Origin: Podarcis cretensis
Taxonomy: Eukaryota
Reading direction: 5' to 3'
DNA: 64,000 nt
Assembly (NCBI GenBank): GCA_951804945.1
Contig: OX638149.1
Span: forward strand, 60,884,001-60,948,000
The position numbers and the translations under genes were made by a program. The notes below the pieces were generated by a model. The model ran no database searches and was not told the DNA's origin. It saw only the letters and a list, made by a program, of their open reading frames with translations. Positions 26,292 through 39,764 of this stretch are shown here, piece after piece (positions within the stretch are counted from its first letter, which is position 1; each line of letters starts with the position of its first letter).

Positions 26292-27178
26292 CGACCAGAA
26301 ATGGGGACAGATATGCCCTCTGCTTGGTCCATCTCAGGCTCATGCCTGAGACTGTTTTGACTGTAAAGTAGATTTCAGTTGATCCAAAATACAGCCGCCA
26401 AATTACTGGCTGGAGTTCCATTTAGATCACATCTAACCCCCATTTTAAAACAGCTGCATTGGTTGATAGTTCATTTCCAAGCCCAGTTCAAGGTATTTAA
26501 AGTCCTAAATACATGAAAGACAACATATTGGGAGTTGAAATCAGTCGTGTTGGTAGTTCCACCACCCTCAGAAGTTTGCGGGTGGGATGGGAGAGGCTGT
26601 TCTCTGTGACAACCCCTAAGTTGTGAAACACCTCCCCTGTATATTTTCAGGACCTACCCTATTTCTTGTAATTGCTTTTTTCTGTAATTGTACGTTTTTA
26701 AAAACTGCTTTTAATGTTGTGGTTTAAATTGTTGTAACCTGCCCTGGGACCTTAGTGTGAAGGTTGGGGGTAATAATAATAATAATAATAACAATAATAA
26801 TATCCTTTAGGGAATTAATGCACCACCCATTTCTGATCTTTTATTTAGTATTAATGGTCTATCTAGATTATGTTTACGATTTCTTTGAACATGGAAAGGA
26901 GGGCAGAGAGGAAGGAAAGAAAGTCCATTTCAGCAAGCTCCACTGAAAACTGATATGTAACTTTGTTCTGGCTGATCAAGCTGTTAACCAGGAATGCTGT
27001 CAGGAAGCAGGAAGCATGTTCTGTTGCGTTTTTTGGAAAAACAGTATACCTGAATGAGTTTTCCTCATTCCCTTTGAGAACATACAAAATCAGTCAAGGA
27101 GGTGAAAAGTAACTGTATCGCCTTACAGACGAAAGCAACTTTCTGATTGCAGTTATTTCAGATACTTGGCAGTCTAAG

Positions 27179-27180
<2 letters not shown>

Positions 27181-27236
<56 letters not shown>
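27181..27236. repeat. (GAAA)n microsatellite
   Basis: Read directly. Confidence 0.97.
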
Positions 27237-27919
27237 ACTCTGCATCAGACTGCATTCACAGGTTTACAATGTGACAAACACACTTTTGTAAAAATTAAGA
27301 AGGCAAGGTACTAGCCATAGCATATGAATAAGACTACCTTAAACTGATTAGAAGTCTGAAGAGAAGCGTTTACAGCAGGATGATGTATTTGGCTTGTAAA
27401 GAGGCCAAAATAAGCATTTTGAAAATAATCTCTGACTATGGGACATTTTATTTTTCATAAGAAGGAAAGAGCTGTTGCTGCAAGAGGAAGAAAAGAATTA
27501 CCCTTTTATTTAAGCGTTTTCTTTTCTTTTTTTAAAAAAAGACAATTTTGTAAAGGAAGGAAGTGATCATCAGGCCACGATCTTAACAAAAAAATGCCCG
27601 CATGCTGAAACACCATACAAATCAAGGATTCTACAGAGAAAATGAGGAGATGACCTAATGATTCAGAGAGACAGAGAAAACACTGATCAAAGATATAACC
27701 AGCTCTCTACAGTTCCTCCTCACTCTGTTTTAAGTGAGAGAAGTGAAGCAAGATTCAAGAGAAGGTATTATGGGAGGAGGAAAGGATGTGATCACACAGA
27801 TCCAGTTACAAATACCCCACTCCTCCCTTAATTCAGTCTTTAGTATTGACAAGTTTAATATTATTGTGACAAGCCAATAAATAAATAAATGAAAGAAGAC
27901 AATGCTAAAATTCTTATTT

Positions 27920-27987
27920 TGTGTGTGTGTGTGTGTGTGTGTGTGCGCGTGCACACACGCACGCGCACACGCACACGCACACACACG
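27920..27987. repeat. Compound (TG)n-(CG)-(CA)n alternating purine-pyrimidine tract
   Basis: Read directly. Confidence 0.95.
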
Positions 27988-28929
27988 ATACCTGAAGGAT
28001 ATCCATTCTGGAGAAGCACAAAAATTCATCCACTTAGCATTCCTCTCTCTAGGGTTAAATATATTATGCACATTGCATGAATTTCACACTGCAAAAGAAC
28101 AAGAGTCTCCTTATATTGCTTTCTATTACATGTCTAATTTTGAAACCAAACAGCCACATTCAACATTTTCTTTCACTTAATTATCAGAGCATTGCCCATA
28201 GCCGATTAGGTATTTAGGTCCAACTCTTCTGAAGATTCATTAGGGAAGACTTGCCTGTGGGGAGAATGAAATCATTTCCTTCCCCTTCCTCTCTTATCTC
28301 CCTTGTGCATATGTCTAGATTGTAAGCCCCTTGGGGCAGGGAGCAGTCTTTCACTCATGGAAAAGTGCCAGGTCATGTACATGGGGCTATATAAGTAATA
28401 AATAATGACAATATGAAGGAAGTGAGGCTTGGCTACAACAGTAGTCAGGACTGTCAATGACCAAACCTCTGGATGGCCCAGCAAGTATCCAGCCTGATGT
28501 TTTAAGAAGCTGGTAACAGAGGTGGCCAAAAATAACAAAGTTACTGCAGCATAGGTAAAGGTAAGCCTTTTTACCATTTACCTTGGAGTAAGAGCCACTG
28601 AAATCAATGGGACTTGTTTCTAAGTCAATGTGCATAGGGTTGTGTTGTAATATGTCTCCTTGGAAGCAAACCCCATTGTGTTAAATGGGACTTACTCACA
28701 GGTAGGCGTGAACAGAATTGCAGCCTAATGGCAAAAACGGGATAAAGCTTTGAGGACTGTAGATGTATCCTGATGGCCCAGCAGCCCACAAAAATGGTGT
28801 ATTAGGTACCGTAAGTTGTAGCATCACAACTCACTGCTTTCTAGAAACACCTAGTTCTACTCTGAGGGCACTTGCAGCACAATCCTAACCATGTCATAAG
28901 TAGAACCTATTGAATCCTGTAGGGCTTAT

Positions 28930-29030
28930 TCATAGAATCATAGAATTGTAGAAGGGACACCAAGGGTCATCTAGTTCAACCCCCTGCAATGCAGGAATCT
29001 CAGCTACAGCATGCATGACAGATGACCAAA
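28930..29030 (-). mobile_element. Short CR1 3' tail fragment
   Basis: catagaatcatagaattgtagaagggacaccaagggtcatctagttcaaccccctgcaatgcagg. Confidence 0.75.
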
Positions 29031-29163
29031 TTCCAGGTAACTGGGATTGGGATTGCCACCTAATTCTCACTGAGTTCAGTACAGAATGCTCACAACAAAT
29101 TTTGGTTGAACTAGAAAGAGGGGGGCAGTAATACAGTAATTAAAACTGCTTACAGCCTTAAGC

Positions 29164-29500
29164 AGGATGCGGGTGGCGCTGTGGGTTAAACCACAGGGCC
29201 TAGGGCTTGCCGATCAGGACGGCGGTTCAAATCCCCGTGACAGGGTGAGCTCCTGTTGCTCGGTCCCTGCTCCTGCCAACCTAGCAGTTCGAAAGCACGT
29301 CAAAGTGCAAGTAGATAAATAGGTACCGCTCCGGCGGGAAGGTAAACGGCGTTTCCATGTGCTGCTGTGGTTCGCCAGAAGCAGCTTAGTCATGCTGGCC
29401 ACATGACCCGGAAGCTGTACACCGGCTCCCTCGGCCAATAAAGCGAGATGAGCGCCGCAACCCCAGAGTCATCCATGACTGGACCTAACAGTCATGGGTA
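29164..29500 (+). mobile_element. Sauria-type SINE (tRNA head), lacking its ACCTTT tail
   Basis: ggtggcgctgtgggttaaacc (A box), ggttcaaatcc (B box), gtgcaagtagataaataggtacc core. Near-identical to 61873-62225. Confidence 0.9.
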
Positions 29501-29515
29501 TCCTGCATCCTAGTA

Positions 29516-29706
29516 GGCCGCCCTGTGGAACACCCTCCCACCAGATGTCAAAGGAAAAAACAACTACCAGACTTTTAGGAGACATCTGAAGGCAGCCCTG
29601 TTTAGGGAAGCTTTTAATATCTGAAGGACTATTGTATTTTAATATTTTGTTGGAAGCTGCGCCAGAGTGGCTGGGGAAACCCAGCCAGATGGGTGGGGTA
29701 AAAATA

Positions 29707-29738
<32 letters not shown>
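29516..29738 (+). mobile_element. Same L2 family 3' end with (TTA)n tail
   Basis: ccctgtggaacaccctccca...gacatctgaaggcagccctgtttagggaag...(tta)n. Confidence 0.88.
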
Positions 29739-29739
<1 letters not shown>

Positions 29740-31181
29740 GATGCATATAACTGCGATAAAGATATAAGGTTACCTTAATTGTTAAGTCTATTCGGAAAAG
29801 GGGGGTGTTCCAGGTTTCAAGCTTTTAAAGTGAGGTTTCATCAGCCTTTTTGAGACATAGGCTGCATCGCTAGACACAAGAAAGATGCATTTCAGTTAAA
29901 CGCGTTAAACTTTGTATGAAAAATGGCGTTGGCAAAAATAGAACTCCACAGCTCCACACCATCTGATGTCACAGGGTTATAATGTATATACAACGCATAT
30001 AAAACACTTTTTCTTTACCAACCTAGCTGAGTCCCTAGTGGTACAACCCAGACAAACTGGGGTTTGAATATGGGAAATCAGGTTCAGCTTCAAACAATTA
30101 TGCACCTATATGTTTACTGATCTCGGGCAGCCAAACCTACCTCATAGGGTTGTTGTGACAGGAAACTGTCTCTGTCAGCAAAAATGGAAGGAGAAAGGGA
30201 TGCAGATGGGTGTTTTTGATGCTATGATGTCTATACACAACAATCCCCTTCCATCTTCATGTGGGGATGTGGCCATCACGTGAAAAGGACCACCACATTT
30301 TAAAGAGGCAAAAGTGACTGTTGCTGAGTAAAACTTCCTTAAAAATTAACATGCTGACTTCCCTACATCGGATGAAAAGAAATGTGTGAATCAGATACAA
30401 GTCACTTAAATTACGAACGATGCAGCCTGTTAATCAACTCGGACATGTGGTCCGATTAATGTTTGCGCCAGTTTCCTGTAGGGATGTCTTGCTGTTAGTT
30501 ATTGCATCTGTCAGTACAGCTTATCTTCATCCTTGGCCCAAAAACTCCATAAAGTCCAGAGAACAGCAGCCTTCCTTGAGGGAAATGAAAAGACAATCAC
30601 ATAATTAACTTATATGGGTAAAATATGAAATAGGCAGAGGGAATCCTTTGGGAATGTTTATTTCCTTCCCTTGGAAGAGCGAGAAATTTGCTTCTACTAC
30701 GTGCAAGCTGTGAGGAAGGGGCAGAGAGGTGGGGGGCGGGGAGGGGGATAAAAAAAGAGAGAAGAATTTGGACTTCTCCAAGTTGTGGATCACAGCCCTG
30801 AGTTAGCAGCGAGTCTAAACAAGGCCGACGTTAGCATTCAGAGCACACGTTGCCGCAGAGTATGGGAAAAGGACAGAACAGCCCAAAGAGCTGGCGCCAC
30901 TAACTGACGAGCAGAGCGCAAGTGATCAAGATTTACTGCAAGAGAGGAGGAAACAGTCCGCTGGCCCGATTAGAGCTGTGAATACCGAGTTGTTCAGGGA
31001 GGATTTTGCAGCTGACTGATCACAGGCTGGCGGAGCAGGCCTCGGACAACAGCTGCAAGGCTTGCTGGGCTGCGAAAACAAAGAGCGCCTAGCACAGCGC
31101 AAAGAAAGAGCTGACAGGTTGTGGTTAGCAGTGGCAAATGTGTGAGGTATGGCGCTGTGTGTGAGACACGGTGGGTTGCTG

Positions 31182-31218
31182 GGAAGGAAGGAAGGAAGGA
31201 AGGAAGGAAGGAAGGAAG
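31182..31218. repeat. (GGAA)n microsatellite
   Basis: Read directly. Confidence 0.95.
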
Positions 31219-31700
31219 GGGAAAACAGAGAGCAGGCAGACCTCAGGGAACAGGGACAGGAAGCAGAAGAAGGCAGGGAAAGGGAGAGAAGGTCAAACAT
31301 GCTCCTAAAACCAGGCCAATGTTTATATGGGGGGCAATTGCAAGGCCCATTTGCTGCTGCTGCTGCTGAGATGAATTAGCCCATCATCGTCTCATTGATA
31401 AGAAAAGAATCCAGTGGCACCCACTGTACAAGTATCTACTTAGTCATTTAAAGAGACCAATTACAGCCCATTTGAATTAAGGCACAGTTTTTCTCCTTTG
31501 GCAAGCAGAACAGTAGGGGCCTAGTTGCAGGCAGCTTTCCATCTTCATTGCTGAGGGCAGAAGAATGAACTAACCTGTGGAAGTACTGCTCTTGCTGGCT
31601 GAGTGCTTTTAGGGGGTTGTTCTCCAGCCTAAGCCTGGTCCCACTTCTCCAGCATTAAAAGTGAGCTCTCCCTCCTCCCTCCCTCTCTCTATTTTAGGTG

Positions 31701-31703
<3 letters not shown>

Positions 31704-31733
<30 letters not shown>
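31704..31733. repeat. (CA)n microsatellite
   Basis: Read directly. Confidence 0.95.
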
Positions 31734-31739
<6 letters not shown>

Positions 31740-34700
31740 TCCTGCAGACCAACAGATAATGCGCTAGGAAAAGCTTCATCTGCTTAATTGCTTCATGTAG
31801 CCTGCTTTAGTTTTTCTTTTTAAGTTGAACAGTTTAAGTTGAACTCCCTCCACACAGTTACTTACTTTAGCTACTTGTATTGCATCCCACAACAGACAGT
31901 CCTGAAGCAATTTGCAAAAACAACATACGACAACGGTAGAAAATATATAGGCATGTTCAAATCAGCATTGTAGCCAACCAAGTCTTGTTCATGAAGTTGC
32001 ACAATGGAACTTCCCCTCTCTATCCACAGACACACAAACCTATTCTGGGGGTTCCTCAACCCTCTGGAGCGGGGGGGGGGCACAAGGAGACAAGAGAGAG
32101 GGGGTGCCATTGCATCCTGGAACAAACAGGATGACTTCATTAGATACAACCCATAATCAGAGTAAAAACAACCAAGCATTGGTGCTGCCCAAATGCCCAA
32201 GACAACAAAAAAAAGTGTTTGCCTAGTGTCAAAACTCTGACAAAGTTGGCATCAGGTGGCCTTCCCTGGGGAGAGCCTTCCATAGAAAAGGCCTGCTCTC
32301 TCTCTCAACCTCCCTCAGAGGTGACATGCAGAGAAGAGTTTCAAATGATGACATCGAGGTCCCTGTTTAGACAAAACACAACCACAGTGTTCTTGAAATG
32401 ATAGAAATGACACATTTAAATGAAGGTTGTGGCCCTTGTGCACTGCTCACTCAGTGGCTTTGCATGTTACACCTAAGTAGGAATCATTTCAGCTAAACTG
32501 TGTCACCCATCTCTTCTGCCTCCGCCGTAACATCCTGAGAGGGTCCCTGAACATTTGACACCAAGGCGAGAAAACCATGAGCTACCTAAGCCTTTGAAAC
32601 TGATGCAGAACACTGTGAGAGAGCTATCCTAGGCATGTGAAAAGCTGATGAGTAGAAGTGCACCTCAGTGTTCAGTGTCATGTTGCAATATAGCCAAGCT
32701 GAAAAGACATTCTCGTGTCTTTCTGACTTCTTTCAACATGTTGTGGTGAGGAGCACGGATGGATAAGGGTCAAAGAAGCCTGTGTTAAGATTGCAGGGCA
32801 GTGATTTGGGAGGTTAGCAAGGGCTAGGATATGGGGAAGGAGGATGAAGCTAGAGTTCTTCATCACTTGACCATTCCATCTATCTATCTATGAGAATGAA
32901 TAAGGGCTTGATTGTCTGGACTGCAATATGAAGTTTCCTATTTACTTCTCTATCTGATGACAAAGAAAACAGCTTCTAAAAAGTGACAGCCTCCTGTTGG
33001 AATGTAAATAAGAGATATTATGATGCAGTGGAATAACAAAATCCAGCTCTCCTCCATGAAGGATTGTTTTAATTCAGAAATATCAGCATTATGCCACGTA
33101 AGCAATAAACAGCAATCATTTCATGGGGTATGTTGCTTACCAAATAATGGAACTAGATTGATCAACCAGTTCAATTCAGATAAAAGCTGTACTTTCTTTT
33201 TTCCAAGTTGCTGAAGGTTTTTTTTATGAATAATTCTAAAATAAGGGGAGTTTCAGACAAGAAACATCACGAGGCTTCTAAACACATCGCTGTCTATGTT
33301 CTTCCAAAATGTCAAAAATTCCAATGTGCAGATTACTCCATCTAGGGGCAGAAATTTCATCTTCTTCCCCCTTCCCACCCCAAGCTTTGCTTTGAGTTGT
33401 GGCACAGTTTTAGGAAGCCAGACGAGACATCTCTAAGCTCACAATTTCCCTTGATATCAGCTAAGTTAAGGCAATATACAGTGTTACATTCCACCCCCAG
33501 CACTATGCTTTCTGTGCATAAACTTGCTCTTCTTGGGTTTGCACGAACACCTAACCATGGATATGTTTCATTCATGTTAATTTTTCCAGTAGTGAATATC
33601 CATGCCTGGTACCTATGCTGCATCCTTCTCAGAAATTCACCCAGCTGTTTTTCTTAAAGGATTTTTTCCATCTCACTTTTTATGTCTCCTTTTTTTATTT
33701 GGTCACCTTTACAAAAAAAATAATAATCTGTATGGCAATGTTGTTGTTTTCATTCATTCCATTTGTAAAATGCCCTGGAAACTGTTGTTGAAGAGCAATA
33801 TAGAACTAAATAAATCTGAAAACTTTTTTTAAAATAATGTTCTACTTTGTGGGGGGGGGTGGCGAGGGGTTGGAATCCATGTTGTCATATGCTAAAAGAA
33901 AACCAACAATTGCACTTGACTGTCATCCCAAGCTGCTTTCCCAGAGACAACTGAGGGTTGGAGGGAGGGAAAGAGAAACGCAGGAAGACATCTGAAGAAA
34001 TGATGCCTCTATCATGCCAACTTCAGGTGGCACAGTTCAGGTTGGGGGACGTTCGCAACCCCCTGTCCTTCGAGCCAACCACAACGTCAGTACCTTGGGC
34101 ATAATTCCATGACATAATCATCTGCATATAATATTGGCATCTCATACCTATTTGTATTTTCTCCCTTTTGAGGAGGCGAATAGGCCAACGGCATTAAAGC
34201 CTCTCTCATTTTTCTTCTTCTTTTTTTATAAAAAAGCTTGCCATGTTTGCATTGCTGGACCATGGCAGTGTGGAAGCCAGTTAATTCCTCATGCAAGCAG
34301 TAAGATCACAGCTTTCCGGCATACTGTATTTTGGTCCTTTGTCTCTCGCATCTGCCAGCATAGTCAAGTGGATTCAGAAGCGGCATTATAATATTCTGGA
34401 AGGTAACCAAATGACTTCTTTTAAAAATGCCCCTCTTCTCCATCCTCCTCCGAGGAGTCGGGCGTCGCGCACAGCTTATTTTCTGCCTACTCTGCCATTT
34501 CAACTGCAAAAACTTTTTTTTTTTTACACAAAACGCAAAAGGCTCCAGAGACCGTGTTAATTTTTCAAATAGCAATCCAATTACTGAGCAAATTGGCACA
34601 GGTGCCTAGTTACATAGTGACTTGGCACTGGCTTCATTCTCTCTCTCTCTCTCTCTCTCCTGGCAGTGATGAATGAGCTCGCCTTCACCCTCCTCCTCTG

Positions 34701-36864
34701 TCTGCTCTTGCCTCAGAGCCAACATCAGTGACCACATAAGGAGAGTGCCTGGCAGCTGCAAGTCCTGGGTGCCAAGAGGCAGATTGTATTCGGTGGCAGC
34801 AGGATCAGGCACTGCGACTGGCTTCCTGGCTAGCCTTTTGTCAAGTCCCTCTCTCCCCCGAGCCTCTGCTGGCTCCAAAGTATAAAATGCCAGAGCGGGG
34901 CCAGTACGGAAGCAGAGGATTTGCTTTCCAAAAATGAGGGGGTTTTTAAGTTGGCACACACACACACTTTTCAACAACTACTGGGCTCAGGGTGCATGAC
35001 AGCAGTACCACCAAACACATCACTGTCCTTTGAGGCTAGAGTTGGGCGATCATTTTTGAGAGACCTGTGCGCTGCCCACAGTATCTGCACGTGTTTCTTT
35101 TGTTCTGTGGGCGCCTCTGATCCAACAGATTATGTAGGCTTTTGAAACACTACAAAACCCTGCAAAACCTAATTAACCCGTGATGAAATTGGGCTAAGTG
35201 TGCTCACCAAAAGCAGCCAGCGTTCATTCAAACGGCTGTCAGCCCTCTGAGAAACTGATTACCTGCCTCCAGCCTTTGCATCAGTCGCTCTCCACATTGG
35301 GGGTACATTTCTGGTTCCTGAAGGGTACAGTAGAACTGAGGTGACAGAAAGAGCAGCTGCCCTTCAGTAAGGAATGTGTTAGAGTGAAATTACCTGCATT
35401 TCTTTGAGTTACCTGCATATACAGCATTGCATGTTTGAAGCTGCTCAAGTTGTGCCGAGTACTGGCCTTAGGCATGCAACTCCCATTGAAGCACAGGAGA
35501 AGAGAGCAGGGAAATGGGATTTTAGGATTGTCAAGAAGGGAGGGAAGGGACTTCCCAAGAATAAAACTGTCTGGACCATCATGTGCATAACAAGGATCAC
35601 ACAGGTGACTTCATTTGCTTCTTCATTCATTGATTTATTCATTTACATACCATTTTCCTTAGCCAGAAAAATACACAGAGTGACTTGCAAATCAATAAAA
35701 ATATCACTCTCTCTACTTCCGGGCTTACATTCTAAAAAGACATGATACCAAGGGAGAAGAGGATGGGAGAAGAGGAAAACAAGCAAAATCAGGCACCAAA
35801 TGTTTAACACTATGAAGTTGTTGCTGTTGTTTTTTAAATAACCACCTTGGATGGAAATGATCCACTCACATTTCACAAAGCAGGACTTTGTAGCACCTAA
35901 AAAGCCTAACAGACATATCTACACAGATATGCACTCTGTGACATCAAAATATATAAGATGTAATGTTAATTTTTAAGTCACTCTCATTTTTGGCTTAGAG
36001 TTGTCTTTTGAGCCCGGCCTATAAAAAAAAAGAGGGGTGGACTGGGTCAGTCCTTTTTCAGAAACACGCTCCTGGCATACCTAGAAGCCACTGAAGAGAA
36101 TCCTAGTCATCTGACTGGCTGCTCTCAGCTGTGGACGTCAATCTTGAAAACATCTGACTGGACTCTGAACTGCACATGCTAGGATATTAATGCACAAGTC
36201 ACTTGCTTGGACTTTACCTGCAAATCCAGCTGTTACCAGCGGAATTTTGCATAAAGTTCTTGACCGATAAGGAGGTAGCTCACAAACAGGTGGGGGCGGG
36301 GAAAATTCTGATTGGAGCCATGGCAGCAGTAAAGGGTTAAATCATCCCTCCCCACCACAACATCGTCTGAATCAGGCTCAATTCCTCCTTTTGCCAGCTA
36401 TCTTTTCTTTTTTTAATGAACAGTTCACAGTCCTTCCTTTCAGAATTTTTAGAATTTTTTAGATAGGGTGCAATAGGACCTGTTGAAATCAATGAACTTA
36501 AAGCAGACATGACTGGTATCAATGTATTTTGAATAGTGGATGGATCTAGTGTATTGCGTAGTTGGATACAATCCTCTTCATTGATGGTTTTTCTTTTTCT
36601 TTATTTTTTTCTTACTTAAGGTGCATTCTAACTTCTACCCAGCTAAGAGTAATGAGGCCATCACTGCATTCGCAGCCCTACTGCTCACAGCAGCCCTGGT
36701 GGAAGAATCACCGGGCCCAATCTGGACCCGATCACTGTATCACCTCCAGGGTGGTGCAGTGTTCAAGGCCAAATCGGGCATGGTGCTATCATGCGATGGT
36801 TGTGAGACTGGCTCAGGATCCAGTGGATCCTGGGCTGTCTCAGCCTGCTTTCCCTCCACTCTCT

Positions 36865-37180
36865 CACAGAACTGTAGAGTTGGAAGGACCCCAAGGGCCA
36901 TCTAGTCTAACCCCCTGCCAAGCAGGAATCACAGTTTAAGAATCCCTGACAGGCAGCCATCCAAACTTCTGTTTAAAACCTCCACTGAAGGACAGTCCAC
37001 CACCTTCGGAGGTCGTCCATTCCACTGTTGAACATCTCTTACCATCAGAAAGCTCTGTCTCATGTTTAGTCAGAATCTCCTTGCTTGTGATTTGAATCTA
37101 ATGGTTTGGGTCCTACCCTCTGGAGCATCGGAAAACAAGCTTTCTCCATCATCCAGGTGACAGACCTTCCGATATCTAAA
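36865..37180 (-). mobile_element. CR1 3' fragment
   Basis: cacagaactgtagagttggaaggacc...ttccactgttgaac...ctctggagca is colinear with 13940-14245. Confidence 0.85.
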
Positions 37181-37231
37181 CCTCATTTGGGGGAGCTTCC
37201 ACTGGTTCCCACCGATAAGAAACCTACTGCC

Positions 37232-37470
37232 AGCATAATGTAGTGGTTAAGAGCGGTGGACACGTAATCTGGTGAACCGGGTTCGCTTCCCCGCTCCCTC
37301 CACATGCAGCTGCTGTGGGCTAGTCACACTTCTCTGAAGTCTCTCAGCCTCACTCACCTCACAGAGTGTTTGTTGTGGGGAGGAAGGGAAAGGAGAATGT
37401 TAGCCGCTTTGAGACTCCTTAAGAGGAGTGAAAGGCGGGATATCAAGTCCAAGTTCTTCTTCTTCTTCTT
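37232..37470 (+). mobile_element. tRNA-derived SINE with L2-like 3' part and (CTT)n tail
   Basis: tgtagtggttaagagc (A box), ccgggttcgcttcc (B box), agccgctttgagactcc...gcgggatat, (ctt)n. Confidence 0.8.
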
Positions 37471-38264
37471 CCAGCTTTCCTCATCCACACCCACCCATTT
37501 GGCTGGCAGGAGGACTGCTGCTAAGCCAGGAAAGCTGAGTAGAAGGGCACATCCTTTTAATCCAACCCCGACCCCAACCCAGGATAACAAGGGTTTGGAT
37601 TGCTCTGCCCCTCATTTATTTTAAGTGAGCTTTAAATGTTTTCTTTTAAACCTCTCTGTAATGCCCATTAAGCATCTCTTTAATTATCACCCAAATTTGA
37701 GATTTGAAGTTATCTGGTGCTATTGTTGTTTCAGTTGGCAACTATAATTGTTCTGTTTAGGCAATGCAAACTAACTGAGTATGAGCACTGTGGTAGGTAG
37801 CACCTATTTCAATGAATTTCATAAGCAATTTGTGTCCTGTTTTAGGCTAAATGGCTATGCTCATTGTCTACTCAACCAAATTAACTCATGCACATGAAAT
37901 TTTGGATAAAGAATTAAGACTGAAGTGCATGGTATACTGAGCCATAAGATGGCCGACCTTTTTAAATGATGATCTGGATTCCTTGTTTATGTAAGGTAAC
38001 TTTTACTTTTTATGATGTATTGTCCTCTAATTAGCTGGTACTGTACATGCAATATTTTGCCCCTTAGGTTATTTCAATCCTTAATTTTCAAAGCAACTCA
38101 ATCAATTGACTATATAAAGTTTAATAAAAATCTGGCAGCAGCATTCATCTTTGTCATTACATCTTGGGCTTGGTACCTTCACATGTTTTCTCTGGGTTTA
38201 CACGTTCATGCTTAATGATATCTGTCAGAAACAATTTAATCAAGAACTTCTTTTCTCTTTGGGG

Positions 38265-38312
38265 ATTGAATTGTTGCTAACAGGTATAATTGAATTGTTG
38301 CTAACAGGTATA
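38265..38312. repeat. Perfect 24-bp tandem duplication (attgaattgttgctaacaggtata x2)
   Basis: Read directly. Confidence 0.95.
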
Positions 38313-39519
38313 ATGAACAAACAAGTAACAAACATGAGAGCCTTGTAGAAATGCTTTGGAAGTTCTTGGTAGTCTTTTTCAATCTTGTGACAAACAGAAG
38401 AGTAGTGGATTACACAAGTAACTGAATTAGAGTTGACTCAAAATGGTAACAATAATTACAAAACCATTTCACTGACTATGAAATGGGTTATTCTAAATTA
38501 CCTTTTTCATTGCTGGTGGTCAAATGGTGAAATATTTTTTTTTAGAACAGGTGTGCTGAACCTCCAGCCCACAGGTCAGACTTGGCCTATCTGAGGGTTT
38601 AAAATGGCCCATGAGGCCATTTTACTGGTAGGAGGGCAGGGTTCAATTTGCTCTTCAATCATCTTTGCAATCAGAGGCTCATTCCACTGCAGCTTCTCCT
38701 GCTATCCCATCACACATCAGCATATGAATGCAGAATAAACTACAGGGCCTTTCAATATTGCAAACAGCTTTCCTAGAGGGGAGAAGCCACCGGAAGGTTT
38801 TTGTTTTTTTAAGGCTTGCTGTGATTCTGTGCATTTGCTGAGACAACATCTTCCAAAAGGTAGATAGTAGGACCCACTGGGAGCTGCCCAGCGTCCTGAT
38901 TTGTCTGATCAACACCCTGGTTTTCGTCACAGCCTCGCTGCAGGTTTCTGCAGAACAGAATAGAGGCTAGAGAATTGCTGAGGGAGCAGGAGGCAGGCAG
39001 GCAGGCAGGCAGGCTGGTTCTTGCCTGCTCAGTTTCTAGCTCACAAACAAATATGGCAATGCCAAAACCCATGAGTTGCAATCCAGTTGTCATGGAAGAT
39101 TTAGAGGCCGCACCAGTCAGGAAGTGAGATAAGAACTTTATTGTCTCCCTCCAAAAAGAACAGAACAGAAAACTCCTGGCTATGCACAGATTCAACTAGA
39201 TCTAGTGATCTCGTAAGATCATAAATCACTTGGAACCTCCCAGCCATACAGATACAACTATCCTAGCACTGGCTTTATTTGAACCAGGGAGGACAGCTTT
39301 GGAATCTCTTCTGAGTGCCCCACAATAGGTGAATTCATTAAAGATTGCATCTGAAAGACCACCTCAGGTGTTAAGATGGCAAAAGGGGTGCTCTTGGTAG
39401 TTCAACCACCCTAAGAAGTTTGGGGCAGTGGCCCAGAAGAGGGTAGTCTCTGTGGCAGCCTATAAACCATGGAATTCCTGTCCCAAAGAGGTGTGTCTGG
39501 CAACTTCATTATGTAGCTT

Positions 39520-39710
39520 TAAGAACATAAGAACAGCCCTCCTGGGTCACACAAAGGGCCCATCTAATCCAGCATCCTCTTTTCACAGTGACCAACCAGC
39601 TGCCTCTGATTACTAGCAACTGGTAATCAGAGATATACTGCTGTAGAGGTAGAACATAACCACCATCAGAGGCTAGTAGTCATTGATAGCCTTATTCTCC
39701 ATGAATTTGT
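39520..39710 (-). mobile_element. CR1 3'UTR fragment followed by (TAG)n
   Basis: taagaacataagaacagcc...ggcccatctaatccagcatcc...cattgatagccttattctccatgaatttg. Confidence 0.7.
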
Positions 39711-39711
39711 A

Positions 39712-39743
<32 letters not shown>

Positions 39744-39764
39744 ATGTAGTAATAGTAATAGTAA

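Noticed and set aside
34038-34066. Small G/C hairpin as a structured ncRNA or miRNA
   Set aside because: The stem is too short, and I recognised no known miRNA here or elsewhere in the window by eye.
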